DNA from: an uncultured delta proteobacterium | GTDB taxonomy: Bacteria; Desulfobacterota; Binatia; Binatales; Binataceae | DNA: 64,000 bases | Assembly (NCBI GenBank): GCA_963711565.1 | Contig: CAVQEQ010000001.1 | Location: forward strand, 256,001-320,000 | Reading direction: 5' to 3' | Part shown: positions 48,156 to 58,356 of the stretch, piece by piece | How positions within the stretch are numbered: position 1 is the stretch's first letter | Layout of the letters: every line of letters starts with the position of its first letter | The notes under the pieces: model-generated | The model's input: the letters and a program-made list of their open reading frames with translations, nothing else | Told to the model about the DNA's origin: nothing | The model's database searches: none | Program-made: the position numbers and the translations under genes

Positions 48156-48458
48156 ATGGGACTCAGAAAAGTAACTTTTTTCGACAAGGAAGGGACCACC
48201 CTCGTGCCCGTGGACGAGGACGGTCAGGCGAAACCGGCCGTGATGGGCGTGCGATGGGTCAATCCGGACACGTTCGAGACTATTCGCGTGGTCGGCGGCA
48301 AGCGCACCGGCCCGAAAAACGAAGTGCTGATGGAAATTCCGCCGACGCTCGACACCAGCGCGTTTGCAATCGAGGACCTGCCGCCGCCGAAGGTTAAGCA
48401 AGAGCTAGAACAACTCGAGCCGCCGACTGCCGCGGAAAAATCGACGGAAAAACCATGA
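48156..48458 (+). CDS. Hypothetical protein
   Basis: Coding-like composition; ATGA overlap with CoA-transferase. Confidence 0.65.
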   Translation: MGLRKVTFFDKEGTTLVPVDEDGQAKPAVMGVRWVNPDTFETIRVVGGKRTGPKNEVLMEIPPTLDTSAFAIEDLPPPKVKQELEQLEPPTAAEKSTEKP

Positions 48459-49666
48459 CCGAGCCCGGCCCCGGCGCGCTCGCGGGCCTGCGCGTCCTTG
48501 ATCTCACCGGACATCGCGCACAGCTATCCGCGCGAATCCTTGCCGACATGGGCGCCAACGTCATCAAGATCGAGCCGCCCGCAGGCGACGACGCTCGCCG
48601 CATCGGGCCGTTCGTCAACGACCTGCCGCATCGCGACCGCAGTTTGTTTTTCTGGTTCTACAATCTTAACAAGCGCTCGCTGACGCTTGACCTCAAGCAT
48701 TCAAGCGGCGCCGACATCTTTTTGCAGCTCGTCCGCAGCGCCGACGTTGTCATCGAGAGCTTCGCGCCCGGCACGCTCGACAATCTTGGGCTTGGCTGGG
48801 AGGTTCTCCATCGCGAAAATCCGGCGCTCGTGCTGTGCTCGATCGCGCCGTTCGGCCAGACCGGCCCTTATCGCGACTTTATCGCCGACGACACCGTGCT
48901 CAGCGCGCTCGGCGGGATGCTCTACGTCAACGGTTTCCCGAATCACGCGCCGGTTCGTCCGCTCGGTTTGCAGGCCTATCACTCGTCGGCGTACTTCGGC
49001 GCGATCGCTATCATGCTCGCGCTGCTTGCGCGCGATCGAACTGCCGAGGGTCAGTGGATCGATCTCAGCATGCAGGAGGCCACCGCCGCTGCCGTCGAGC
49101 ACGTTGCCGGCGGATACTTCGAGCGCAACGAAGCGGAGCCGCGCCGCGGGACTTTGCACTGGAGTCGTTTTTTTCGCGTCGGCAAATGCCGCGACGGCTA
49201 CATCATGCATTGCACGCTCGGCGACTGGACCTCGCTTATCGAGTGGGTCAAGTCCGACGGCAAGGCGGCCGACCTCGACGACCCCAACTACCAGGAGCCG
49301 CTCTATCGCTACCTGATGGCCGAGCATGTGTTCGAAGTGCTCGACGATTGGGTCAAGGATTATCCACGCGACGAGCTGCTCGAACGCGCGCAGCTTCTGC
49401 GCCAGCCGTACGCGACCGTGCGTCCGCCGGAAGCGCTGTTCGACGACGAGCAGCTGATCGATCGCGGCTTCTTCGTCGAGGTCGAGCATCCCGAGCTCGG
49501 CCGCAAGTTCCGCTATCCCGGCGCGCCGTATCTTTTCAACGGCACGCCATGGCGCGTCTCACGCAGGCCTCCGCTGACGGGCGAGCACACCGGCGAGATT
49601 TTGCGCGACGACCTCGCGATGGCTCCTGAAGCGCTCGCTGTGCTCGCCGCCGAAGGAGTGATCTGA
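48455..49666 (+). CDS. CaiB/BaiF class III CoA-transferase
   Basis: LAGLRVLDL, LADMGA.VIKIEPP.GD, NKRSL, FGQTGPY. Confidence 0.9.
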   Translation: MTEPGPGALAGLRVLDLTGHRAQLSARILADMGANVIKIEPPAGDDARRIGPFVNDLPHRDRSLFFWFYNLNKRSLTLDLKHSSGADIFLQLVRSADVVIESFAPGTLDNLGLGWEVLHRENPALVLCSIAPFGQTGPYRDFIADDTVLSALGGMLYVNGFPNHAPVRPLGLQAYHSSAYFGAIAIMLALLARDRTAEGQWIDLSMQEATAAAVEHVAGGYFERNEAEPRRGTLHWSRFFRVGKCRDGYIMHCTLGDWTSLIEWVKSDGKAADLDDPNYQEPLYRYLMAEHVFEVLDDWVKDYPRDELLERAQLLRQPYATVRPPEALFDDEQLIDRGFFVEVEHPELGRKFRYPGAPYLFNGTPWRVSRRPPLTGEHTGEILRDDLAMAPEALAVLAAEGVI

Positions 49667-49668
49667 CC

Positions 49669-50870
49669 ATGGCCGCGATGCCGCTGGACGGCGTGCGCAT
49701 CCTCGACTTCACCTGGGTGGTAGCCGGCCCGGTGGCGACGCGGATTCTCGGCGACCACGGCGCGCAGGTCGTCAAGGTCGAGCGCAAAAATCCGCCGCCG
49801 CTCGGCAATCGCAAGCTCGGCCTGCAATGCGACCTGCATCGCGACAAACTTTCAGTCGCGCTCAACATGCAACATCCGCGCGGCGTCGAGCTCGCGCGCC
49901 GGCTCGCCGCGATGAGCAACGTCGTGATGGACAACTTTTCCGCGCGCGTGATGCGGATGTGGGGGATGGATTACGAAAGCCTCACCGCGGTGAAGCCCGA
50001 CATCATCTGCATCAGCATGTCCGGCCTCGGCCACACCGGCCCGCGCTCGAGCTACGTCAGCTACGGGCCGACGCTGCAGGCGCTGACGGGATACACGCAG
50101 CTGATGGCGGAGCCCGACGGGACGCCGGCGGCTACGGCTACTCCTATGCCGACATGGTCGGCGGATACACGGGCGCGCTCGCGGCACTGGTCGCGCTGTG
50201 GCATCGACGGCGCACGGGCCGCGGACAGTTCGTCGATTTGGCGCAGTTCGAAGCAGCGGCTGCGGTAATCGGTCCCGCGCTGCTCGATATCTCAGTCAAC
50301 GGCCGCACGCAGCCGGCGCCCGGCTACAATTCCCAGGAAGGCCCGGCCGCTCCGCACGGGGTTTACAAATGCCGCCCGCTCGACACTGACGACGATCGAT
50401 GGGTCGCGATCAGCGTCGGCACAGGGCCCGAATGGCGGAGATTCGTCACCGCAATCGGCTCGCCGGAATGGGCGAGCGAGACAAAATTCCGCACGCTCTA
50501 CATGCGGATGCAAAACAGCGCCGAGCTGGACGCCAACGTCTCGCGATGGACCATCGAGCACAGCGCCGAAGACGCGATGACGATTCTGCAGCGCGCAAGA
50601 ATCGCCGCTGGCGTCGTCGAAAACGGCATCGATATCTGCGCGCGCGATCCTCAACTGAAGGAGCGCGGCTTCTGGCCCGCAGTCGCGCCCAAAAAAGGCC
50701 CGCCAACTCACGTAACAGGAATTCCATTCAAGCTCTCCGGCGGCTCAGGCGAAGTTCGCACGATCGCCCCTGAAGTCGGCGAGGATTTCGATTACGTCTT
50801 GGGTGAACTACTAGGCCTCGGCAAAGCAGCCCGCGACGAGTTGGTAGCTGAGGGCGCCGTCTGGCCTTGA
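49669..50870 (+). pseudogene. Second CaiB/BaiF CoA-transferase, frameshifted near 50130
   Basis: N-half in ORF 49669, C-half (GYGYSYADMVGG...) in ORF 49827..50870; 1-nt loss at CCGGCGGCTAC. Confidence 0.8.
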
Positions 50871-50879
50871 CGCTGCTTG

Positions 50880-51036
50880 CCTACCCCGTTCGTGGGGGGA
50901 GGCCGACGCTCGTCTGCGAGCGGCGGGTGGGGGACCTTATTATCTTGAAATTCTGCAACTCAGAAATGCCGCGCAACAGACATCCGCGCCGCAAATTGTC
51001 CTCCACCCTAACCCTCCCCCATCGACGGGGGAGGGA
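50880..51036. repeat. Repeat family B inverted pair with short spacer (MITE-like)
   Basis: CCTACCCC..GGGGGGAGG..GGGTGGGGGAC and GTCCTCCACCCTAACCCTCCCCC..GGGGGAGGG. Confidence 0.65.
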
Positions 51037-51070
51037 AACGGAACGAGCGGGGGAAGGGAATCAAGACAGA

Positions 51071-52033
51071 CTACGCGGCGGCTTGCATTTGCGATAGCTC
51101 CGGCTTTGACGCGGCCAGCGCGAGAACTGCCGCGTAGCCGGGCTGAGTCTCCATTCGCGGCCCGTAGCCTTTTGCGAGCAGGATTTTGTGGGCGCGCGGG
51201 AGGTTGTAGCACGGGACTGCCATCAGCAGGTGATGCTCCAGGTGATAGTTCACGAAGTACGGGGCGACGAGTGCGCGCATCAGCCAGTTGGCGTGAGTCG
51301 TGCGCGTGTTGCGCATCGGGTCGTCGTTGTCCGGCGTCATCGAATGCTCGGCGATGCTGCGAATGCGCACGACCAGCTCGTGAAACGTCATGTACGGAAG
51401 CACCCATAGCGCGAAGAAGAGAAACCAGTGGCCCGTCGCCGCGAGGATCGCGAAGATAATTGCATTGGTGACGATCGCACCATGCAGCCGTTTCCATCCC
51501 ATCGCGAGCCGCTGCGACGCCGGCATTGACGCGTTGCCGAACGCCCGGCGAATCAGCGCGGCCTTCTGCTTGTATGCGGTCTGTCCAGTGAGATCGCGAA
51601 TGACCTTGCGCCGCATGCTGCTGCGCGTGATCGGAAACGGCGCCGTCAAGCCCAGGTCGGGATCGTTTTTCTGTTGCGTGAACCGATGGTGCCCCGCGAC
51701 GTGATAGGGGCGGTACGCGTACATGTCGCCGAACAGCGCGTAGTCGGTCAGCCACGTCCCGGCGAAATCGTTCACCTTCATGTTGCTGAACAGCAGGCCG
51801 TGCGAGGCGTCGTGCGACAAGATCGCGAGCCCCAGTTGGCGCGCGCCGATTATCAAGGTTGCGGCTATGAACGTTAGCGGATTCGGCCACAACACGAACA
51901 TCGCCATCGCGCCGAAGATCACCGCCCACGCATGAAATATCATCCATGCCGCGCGCCACTGCGATTTGCGCTTGAGCATCAGCAGTTCGTCGTCGGAGAA
52001 AACGCTACGCGCCTGGAACATGCTATCCTCCAA
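51071..52033 (-). CDS. Fatty acid desaturase family protein
   Basis: His boxes HDASH, HVAGHH, EH, YHLEHH. Confidence 0.9.
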   Translation of the reverse strand: MEDSMFQARSVFSDDELLMLKRKSQWRAAWMIFHAWAVIFGAMAMFVLWPNPLTFIAATLIIGARQLGLAILSHDASHGLLFSNMKVNDFAGTWLTDYALFGDMYAYRPYHVAGHHRFTQQKNDPDLGLTAPFPITRSSMRRKVIRDLTGQTAYKQKAALIRRAFGNASMPASQRLAMGWKRLHGAIVTNAIIFAILAATGHWFLFFALWVLPYMTFHELVVRIRSIAEHSMTPDNDDPMRNTRTTHANWLMRALVAPYFVNYHLEHHLLMAVPCYNLPRAHKILLAKGYGPRMETQPGYAAVLALAASKPELSQMQAAA

Positions 52034-52093
52034 TCTTCCGTCGAAGTATCGGGGCGTTTAATCTTTGTCTCACAAATCTGTATATAACAGAGA

Positions 52094-52921
52094 ATGGCAA
52101 CGGTTGCAAATCCTCGTTATGTACCGCGACACCTCACCGCGCGCGAGCTGGTGATTGATTTTCTGTCGAATCGCTATCCGCGTGAGATGTCCGCGCAGGA
52201 AATTTTGGGCGTCGGGATTGCGCTGGGATTCTCCGAGCAGAGTTTGCGGATGGCGCTGACGCGGCTGGTCGAGGGTTCTATCGCCGCTAACACCGGCCGC
52301 GGTCTCTATCGTTTGAGTCCGTCGGGCGAAGCGATGCGCGACGAAGTCCGCAAGTGGCGTCATCTCGACGACCTCGCCAAGCCGTGGTCGGGGGCGTGGA
52401 TAGGGGTGTTCGACGCGAGGGTGCCGCGCAGCGATCGCGCCGCGCTGCGCCGTCATGAACGTGCGACGCGCCTGCGCGGCTTTCGCGAACTACAGGCCGG
52501 TCTCTGGATCCGTCCAGCCAACCTGCGCGACTCCGTCGCTGAGCTGCGCGATCACCTGCGCGCGCTCGGGCTGCATCCGGCCGCGCTGGTCGTCGGCCTG
52601 AGCGATCTCGACGGCGATTCACGAGCGAAGGCCACCAGACTCTGGGATACAGCCGCGATGCTCGCGACGTACCGAGCGCTGTCCGATGAATTGCTCGCGA
52701 GCAAGAGCAAGCTCGAGCGCTTGCCGCTGGATACCGCCGCGGCGGAATCGATGGTGCTCGGGCGCGACGTGATTCGGCACATCAACCTTGACCCGATCCT
52801 GCCGGAAGAGCTGATGCCGAGTCGCGCGCTGGCGACGCTGGTAGGCACGATGACTGACTACGACGCGCACGCCCGCCAGATCTGGCGGCGCTTCATGCGC
52901 GCGCACGCGCCGGGTGAATAG
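52094..52921 (+). CDS. PaaX-family transcriptional regulator
   Basis: SLRMALTRL wHTH, W.G.W, LRGF, DPILPEEL. Confidence 0.85.
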   Translation: MATVANPRYVPRHLTARELVIDFLSNRYPREMSAQEILGVGIALGFSEQSLRMALTRLVEGSIAANTGRGLYRLSPSGEAMRDEVRKWRHLDDLAKPWSGAWIGVFDARVPRSDRAALRRHERATRLRGFRELQAGLWIRPANLRDSVAELRDHLRALGLHPAALVVGLSDLDGDSRAKATRLWDTAAMLATYRALSDELLASKSKLERLPLDTAAAESMVLGRDVIRHINLDPILPEELMPSRALATLVGTMTDYDAHARQIWRRFMRAHAPGE

Positions 52922-52924
52922 TTG

Positions 52925-53001
52925 GTGGCACAGGCTTTAGCCTGTGATTTTCCGGTCCCTGCAAATCCAGGCTGAGGACCACAGGCTAAAGCCTGTGCCA
53001 C
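52925..53001. repeat. REP doublet GTGGCACAGGCTTTAGCCTGTG / inverted copy
   Basis: 52925-52946 and exact reverse complement 52980-53001. Confidence 0.85.
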
Positions 53002-53101
53002 TGAGTGTTACCGAAGTAACAATGTCTCCCAAGTAACACGCATTCGCTCGCGGCCCTTCGTTGCGCTACTGTCAACTGGCTGTTAGCAGCGAAGGCACTT
53101 T

Positions 53102-54634
53102 TTGCACGCAAGCGTAATATCCAGCGCGCTGGTCGGCGTTGACGCGTTCCCGGTCGAAGTCGAAATCGACATCGGCGCGGGAATCCCGCCGCATCGGCTC
53201 GTCGGCCTGGCCGAAGGCGCGGTCAAGGAGGCGCTCGATCGGGTCAAGTCCGCGCTAAAAAATTCGGGCTTCGATTTCCCGACGCGCAAGATGACGATCA
53301 ATCTCGCGCCCGCCGACACGCGCAAGGAGGGCTCTGCGTTCGACCTGCCGCTCGCGCTCGGAATACTCGCCGCGCAAAACGTGTTGAAGGATCGCGAGCG
53401 ACTGCGCGCCTATCTCATCCTCGGCGAACTCGCGCTCGACGGCCGTATCAAGGGTATCAAGGGTGCGCTGCCGACCGCGTTGCTCGCGCGCTCATCCAAG
53501 TTCGCCGGCGTGATGCTCCCGCGCGAGAATGCCTCCGAGGCGTCGGTCGTCGGCGAGGGCACCGCGGTGCTCGGGGTCGAGAGTCTGCGCGAGGCGTTCG
53601 AATTCTTCGAGGGGCTCCGTCCGCTCCAATCCGCGCCCGCCGATCTCACGGACGCATTCGGCGCGGCAAACGTTTACAACGTCGATTTCAGCGAGGTCAA
53701 AGGACAGGAGCAGGCCAAGCGCGCGCTCGAAGTCGCGGCGGCCGGCGGTCACAACGTCCTGATGATCGGGCCTCCAGGCTCGGGCAAGACGATGCTGGCC
53801 AAGCGCCTGCCGTCGATTCTCCCCACTATGACTTTTGAGGAAGCGATCGAGACCACCAAGGTGCACTCGGTGATGGGCCTGCTCGACGGCCGCGCGCTGA
53901 TCACGACGCGTCCGTTCCGCTCGCCGCATCACACTATTTCCGACGCGGGGCTGATCGGCGGCGGATCGATTCCGCGCCCCGGCGAGGTCAGCCTCGCGCA
54001 TCACGGCGTGCTCTTCCTCGACGAGTTGCCCGAGTTCCGCAAGAACGTGCTCGAGGTGCTGCGCCAGCCGCTCGAGGATGCGCGCATCACGATCTCGCGC
54101 GTGATGGGCACGCTCACCTTCCCGGCCTCGGTGATGCTGGTGGCCGCGATGAATCCGTGCCCGTGCGGCTTCTACACCGACCCGCAGCACGAATGCTCCT
54201 GTTCGCCGATCGCGATTCAGCGCTATCGCTCGCGCATCTCGGGCCCGCTGCTCGACCGCATCGACATCCACATCGAGGTGCCGGCGGTGAAGTACAAGGA
54301 CCTGACCGACCGCGTCGCGCGAGAGCCGTCGCTCGCGATTCGCGAGCGCGTCAATCGCGCGCGCGAGGCGCAGCTCGCGCGCTTCGCCGGGATGCCGTTT
54401 TTCTGCAACGCGCAGATGCGTGCGAGCGATCTCCGGCTCCATTGCCAAATCGAGGCGGGCGGCGAGCGCCTGCTCGAACTCGCGATCAACCGCCTCGGCC
54501 TGAGCGCGCGCGCCTACACGCGCATCCTGAAAGTCTCGCGCACGATTGCCGATCTCGATGGCGCCGCCGCGATCGCCGCGCATCATGTGAGCGAGGCAAT
54601 CCAGTATCGCTCGCTCGATCGCAGCACTCCTTGA
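53102..54634 (+). CDS. comM: YifB/ComM Mg-chelatase-like AAA ATPase
   Basis: [43 protein letters not shown]. Confidence 0.92.
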   Translation: MHASVISSALVGVDAFPVEVEIDIGAGIPPHRLVGLAEGAVKEALDRVKSALKNSGFDFPTRKMTINLAPADTRKEGSAFDLPLALGILAAQNVLKDRERLRAYLILGELALDGRIKGIKGALPTALLARSSKFAGVMLPRENASEASVVGEGTAVLGVESLREAFEFFEGLRPLQSAPADLTDAFGAANVYNVDFSEVKGQEQAKRALEVAAAGGHNVLMIGPPGSGKTMLAKRLPSILPTMTFEEAIETTKVHSVMGLLDGRALITTRPFRSPHHTISDAGLIGGGSIPRPGEVSLAHHGVLFLDELPEFRKNVLEVLRQPLEDARITISRVMGTLTFPASVMLVAAMNPCPCGFYTDPQHECSCSPIAIQRYRSRISGPLLDRIDIHIEVPAVKYKDLTDRVAREPSLAIRERVNRAREAQLARFAGMPFFCNAQMRASDLRLHCQIEAGGERLLELAINRLGLSARAYTRILKVSRTIADLDGAAAIAAHHVSEAIQYRSLDRSTP

Positions 54635-54645
54635 GGCGAAAATGA

Positions 54646-54677
54646 AGCGGGCGGCTCGATCACTCGAGCCGCCCGCT
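54646..54677. terminator. Hairpin between convergent genes
   Basis: AGCGGGCGGCTCGA-TCAC-TCGAGCCGCCCGCT. Confidence 0.65.
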
Positions 54678-54717
54678 GCCAGATCTGCGTTATCTTTATC
54701 TGCGTTATCTTTGGGGC

Positions 54718-55890
54718 CTAGTGGATTTCGTACCCGGCCACGAATTGATCCAGGTCGCCCTCCGACGGGTTCTTCACCACGAACGTGCCCGAGGCAATTA
54801 CGCTCTTGGGGAAGAAGCTCTTCGCACCCGTCTTGGCGTTGCCGAGGGTATTGGTCGGGATCGCGATACCCGTATCTATGTCACCCGAATCGTCGAGCGG
54901 CCGGAACCACAGCTCGTAGTTGGTGCTCGGATTCGCGCCATTCAACGTCACGCTCACTTGGCCGCCTGCCTCGACCTTGTAAGTGCCGTCATTGAGCGGG
55001 TCGCTCCCGCAGTTCTCGAGGGCGCCCGGATAGGTCACGTTTCCACATTGCTGGAGGGTTGACGACGAGACTTTGGGACTCACGAACTTCTCATCAACCT
55101 TGAATCCGGATACGAACTCGTTGGTGCTGCTGCTCTGGAGCACGACTTCGCCCGAGCCGACCGTACCCGCCGCAAATTCAGTGTCCATCACCAGCGTGGC
55201 GCCGCCGGCCTTGTTGGTAGGTCCTACGGTTCCAAGCGCGGTGGACGCTCCGGTGGGAGAAAGCAGGATCGCCGTGTAGCTCGTACTGGGCCGGGCGCCC
55301 GACACATGGATCAACAGGGCACCGTCGGCCTCTTCAACGTCCACACGGCCAATTGCCAGCGAGTCGCTCCCGCAGTTTGAAAGAGTTCCCGGCACAGTCA
55401 CGTCCGTGCATCGCACCAGGCCGGGCTGTGAATCGCGTCGCGACTCGATCCCGTCGTTCGAGACCGACAGCCCCGTGACGAATTCCTCGCCCGCGCCGCT
55501 GGTCAGAACGATGTTGCCGGCGCCGACCGTGCCGAATTTGAAAAAGGCCTCTTTTCGCATCGCGCCGTTTCCGCCGGCGCCGGTCATCAGATTGCCAATC
55601 GAAGTGGTTTGACTGCCGTCGTTCGAGACGAAGCTGACGGCGTAGGTGGTATTGGTTGCCGCACCGAAGAGGGTGACCGTCACGTCGCCTTCATCGCTGA
55701 TCGTTGCGCCGCCAGCGTTGAGCGGATCCTGGCTGGGCGCGCAGGTCGTGAGCGCGGCCGGTGTCGTTACCGCTTTGCATTGCTCGAGCGGCTCGTCGAA
55801 GGTTTGCGCACGCGCCAATCCTGATCCGAGGCAAAGCGCCACTGGCGCGGCAAGCAAAGCGGCCGGCCATTTTCGTAGTGATTGAAACAT
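54718..55890 (-). CDS. Secreted protein with three ~115-aa internal repeats
   Basis: AGGAGG RBS, ARA signal peptide, repeated C..VT.P..L..C...D.L..G..GA...T.Y..FV.G. Confidence 0.75.
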   Translation of the reverse strand: MFQSLRKWPAALLAAPVALCLGSGLARAQTFDEPLEQCKAVTTPAALTTCAPSQDPLNAGGATISDEGDVTVTLFGAATNTTYAVSFVSNDGSQTTSIGNLMTGAGGNGAMRKEAFFKFGTVGAGNIVLTSGAGEEFVTGLSVSNDGIESRRDSQPGLVRCTDVTVPGTLSNCGSDSLAIGRVDVEEADGALLIHVSGARPSTSYTAILLSPTGASTALGTVGPTNKAGGATLVMDTEFAAGTVGSGEVVLQSSSTNEFVSGFKVDEKFVSPKVSSSTLQQCGNVTYPGALENCGSDPLNDGTYKVEAGGQVSVTLNGANPSTNYELWFRPLDDSGDIDTGIAIPTNTLGNAKTGAKSFFPKSVIASGTFVVKNPSEGDLDQFVAGYEIH

Positions 55891-56018
55891 ACAGATATTC
55901 CTCCTGCCTGTACGTCGATTGCCTGTGCAATCGAGTTGAAAAATTTGCGCTACGGAATGTAAGACGCGCGTGGCGGCAAGTCTGTTTACGGATCACTCAA
56001 AAGAATTCGACGGAGTTC

Positions 56019-56594
56019 TTACGGCGTGGGCGCCTGCTCGCGCGGATGCTGACGCCATAATCCCAGACGACGACGTGCTTCGCGGCGCTGCTCCGGCGTC
56101 ATCTGCTGCCATCGATGCCAGTTTGCGAGCATCCGGTCGCGTTGCGCCGGCGGCAGCTGCTCAAATTGCTGGTACCGCTTCATCACGTTCTCGCGTTGAT
56201 CGGCCGGCAGACCGCGGTAGCGCGCATACTCCTGCTGCAATTCATCGCGCCGCGCCTGCGGAAGCTGCCGCCACTTGCGCAATCCTTCGAGCACCCGCCT
56301 GCGCTCCTCAGGCGGCAGATCGCGGAACGTTTCGAAATTCCGCTGCACCCGCTGCCGGTCTTCGGGCGGCATCGATTGCCATCGCCGGTAGTTCTCGAGC
56401 ACGCGCTCACGCTGATCGGGCGTGAGGTTTGCCCATTCCTTCGGATGCTGCGCGACGAGCGCGCGCTCGGCGTCGTTTGACGGCTCCACTGATACGGCAG
56501 GCGACTGCGCATAAGCGGGAACCGCCGACGTAAATCCGCACAGGATCAATCCTGCCAAGATGAACGCGCTCGCGATTCGTCTGCTACGCCTCAT
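56019..56594 (-). CDS. DUF3106-like secreted protein
   Basis: Repeated W/F..LPPE.R motifs; signal peptide. Confidence 0.8.
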   Translation of the reverse strand: MRRSRRIASAFILAGLILCGFTSAVPAYAQSPAVSVEPSNDAERALVAQHPKEWANLTPDQRERVLENYRRWQSMPPEDRQRVQRNFETFRDLPPEERRRVLEGLRKWRQLPQARRDELQQEYARYRGLPADQRENVMKRYQQFEQLPPAQRDRMLANWHRWQQMTPEQRREARRRLGLWRQHPREQAPTP

Positions 56595-57004
56595 TGCTGC
56601 GGCCCCTCAACGTCATTACTTGGATGGCTCGCCGGCGGCGGCGGTTCAGGCGGCTCGCTGACGGCCGAATCCGGCGGAGCGCCTGCTGATTCGGGTGGAG
56701 GCGCTTCCGGTATCTCGCCTGCCGCTCTGGGAGCGGGCGCGCCGTTTCCGTCCGCTTCTCCGTGATTTCCGAGGTAACCCATCTGGTCGAGTGTGCGGAT
56801 CTGCTCGAACATCGAATCGTCCGACGGCGACGCCGCCGGCGCAGCAGCGTACTTCGCGCCGGTGTGACGCGGCTCGAACAAGTCGAGGTTCATCAGCATT
56901 CTCAAGTCCGGTGGCGCGTCCTGCGCCGACGCCCTCCCCTTCTCGGTACCGACCAGCATGGCCGCCAACATTGCGATCGCAGCCACTTTACGACGACGTT
57001 TCAT
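56591..57004 (-). CDS. Hypothetical exported protein
   Basis: Overlaps both neighbours in ECF operon; signal-like N-terminus, Pro-rich tail. Confidence 0.6.
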   Translation of the reverse strand: MKRRRKVAAIAMLAAMLVGTEKGRASAQDAPPDLRMLMNLDLFEPRHTGAKYAAAPAASPSDDSMFEQIRTLDQMGYLGNHGEADGNGAPAPRAAGEIPEAPPPESAGAPPDSAVSEPPEPPPPASHPSNDVEGPQQ

Positions 57005-57551
57005 GGTTCCGGTCGTCCCCGGGCCCCAGCTCATCGAGGTGCTCGATCACGTCATAGTTCTCGAGCAGATCGAGATGCTCGACGACGTGGTAGTTGGCCA
57101 GCAGGCCGACGTCCGCGCTGCTGAGATCCTGTTGCAGCTCGAGCTGATCGACGCCGGGCGCCGGCACCGTTCCCGAGCCGCGATGCATCACGATCGCGAT
57201 CGCGAGCACCGCGACCGCCGCCGCGCCCATCGCCATCGACGGCCAGCCGAAGACCGGCAATCGCAGGTCTGCCCTCCTCCATCGCCATCTTCCGCCGACA
57301 CCGGCGCGCTGGGCCTGGCTCGCGCGCAGCTTGCGTCTCAGCTCGCCGCGGTAATCCGCCCAATCCGGCTCGCGCACAGCATCAACCGCCCGCGCCAGAT
57401 TCGACAGTATCGCCAACGACGCGTCAGCCGACTCGCGGCATTGCGCGCATCCCTCCAGATGCGCACCGACGCGCGCCCGTTCGTCCGCGCTCAATTCGCC
57501 GCGCAGATAAGGTATCAGCTCAGTCTCTGGATGAATGGCAGCCATTTTCAA
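56988..57551 (-). CDS. Zinc-finger (zf-HC2) anti-sigma factor
   Basis: YLRGELS..HLEGCAQC; single TM helix. Confidence 0.85.
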   Translation of the reverse strand: MKMAAIHPETELIPYLRGELSADERARVGAHLEGCAQCRESADASLAILSNLARAVDAVREPDWADYRGELRRKLRASQAQRAGVGGRWRWRRADLRLPVFGWPSMAMGAAAVAVLAIAIVMHRGSGTVPAPGVDQLELQQDLSSADVGLLANYHVVEHLDLLENYDVIEHLDELGPGDDRNHETSS

Positions 57552-57567
57552 TTACTCAGTCGATTAG

Positions 57568-58137
57568 TCAGTCGTTCGCCATCAACTTGCGGAGCTGCGC
57601 GATTCCGCGATGCACATGCACGCGCGCCGTGGCCTCGGAGCACTTGAGCACCTCGCCGATTTCGCGGCTGGTAAATCCCTCCTGCGTCTGCAGCAACACC
57701 GCGGCACGTTGCTGCGGTGAGAGCTTTTCCAGCGCGGGACGAAGCCGACTGATCGATTGCTTCAGCATCGCGTCGTCCTCGGGCCCCGCGTCACTCGACG
57801 GCGGATCGAAAGCGCGTTCGTCTGGATCGTCGCCGCCGGGACTCGCGAGCGGCGCCAGCCGCCGCCACCATCGGTTCTTGCGCTGATGGTCGATGCACAG
57901 GTTGACCAGAATCCGGTAGAACCAGGTCGAAAAGCGCGAGCGCCCGTCGAATTTCGCTGCGGATTCGTACAGCCGGATGAACGCGTCCTGCGAGACGTCG
58001 CGCGCATCGGCCTCGTTGCCGAGGATCGACGACGCGAGCCGGTAGGCGCGACCCTGATGACGGTCCACCATGAGCTCGAATGCGTCCGCATCGCGCTCGG
58101 CGATTCTTTTGCACAGCTCCTCATCGGAAGGATCCAC
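57568..58137 (-). CDS. ECF RNA polymerase sigma factor
   Basis: DVSQDAF, FSTWFYRI..N.CID, LS..QR, EIG..L. Confidence 0.92.
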   Translation of the reverse strand: MDPSDEELCKRIAERDADAFELMVDRHQGRAYRLASSILGNEADARDVSQDAFIRLYESAAKFDGRSRFSTWFYRILVNLCIDHQRKNRWWRRLAPLASPGGDDPDERAFDPPSSDAGPEDDAMLKQSISRLRPALEKLSPQQRAAVLLQTQEGFTSREIGEVLKCSEATARVHVHRGIAQLRKLMAND

Positions 58138-58356
58138 CTTAGTCAGTCCCAGGGCCGGTCATTTCCGCGCGCCCCGGCGACCGATGTTACAATTTCCCGA
58201 CCCATTTGACGAAACAACCTTACAGTTCGTTTACACGATTCATCGCAATATTCGACACGTAAACGAATCCCCAGCCCACCGCGTCCAACCTCCATCGAAG
58301 AAAGAAGCAATGGCGGCGACGCCATCGAACAACTCGTACTCAACAGGAGAACAGTC

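Noticed and set aside
54683-54712. 15-bp tandem duplication ATCTGCGTTATCTTT x2
   Set aside because: Only two copies beside a terminator; most likely replication slippage.
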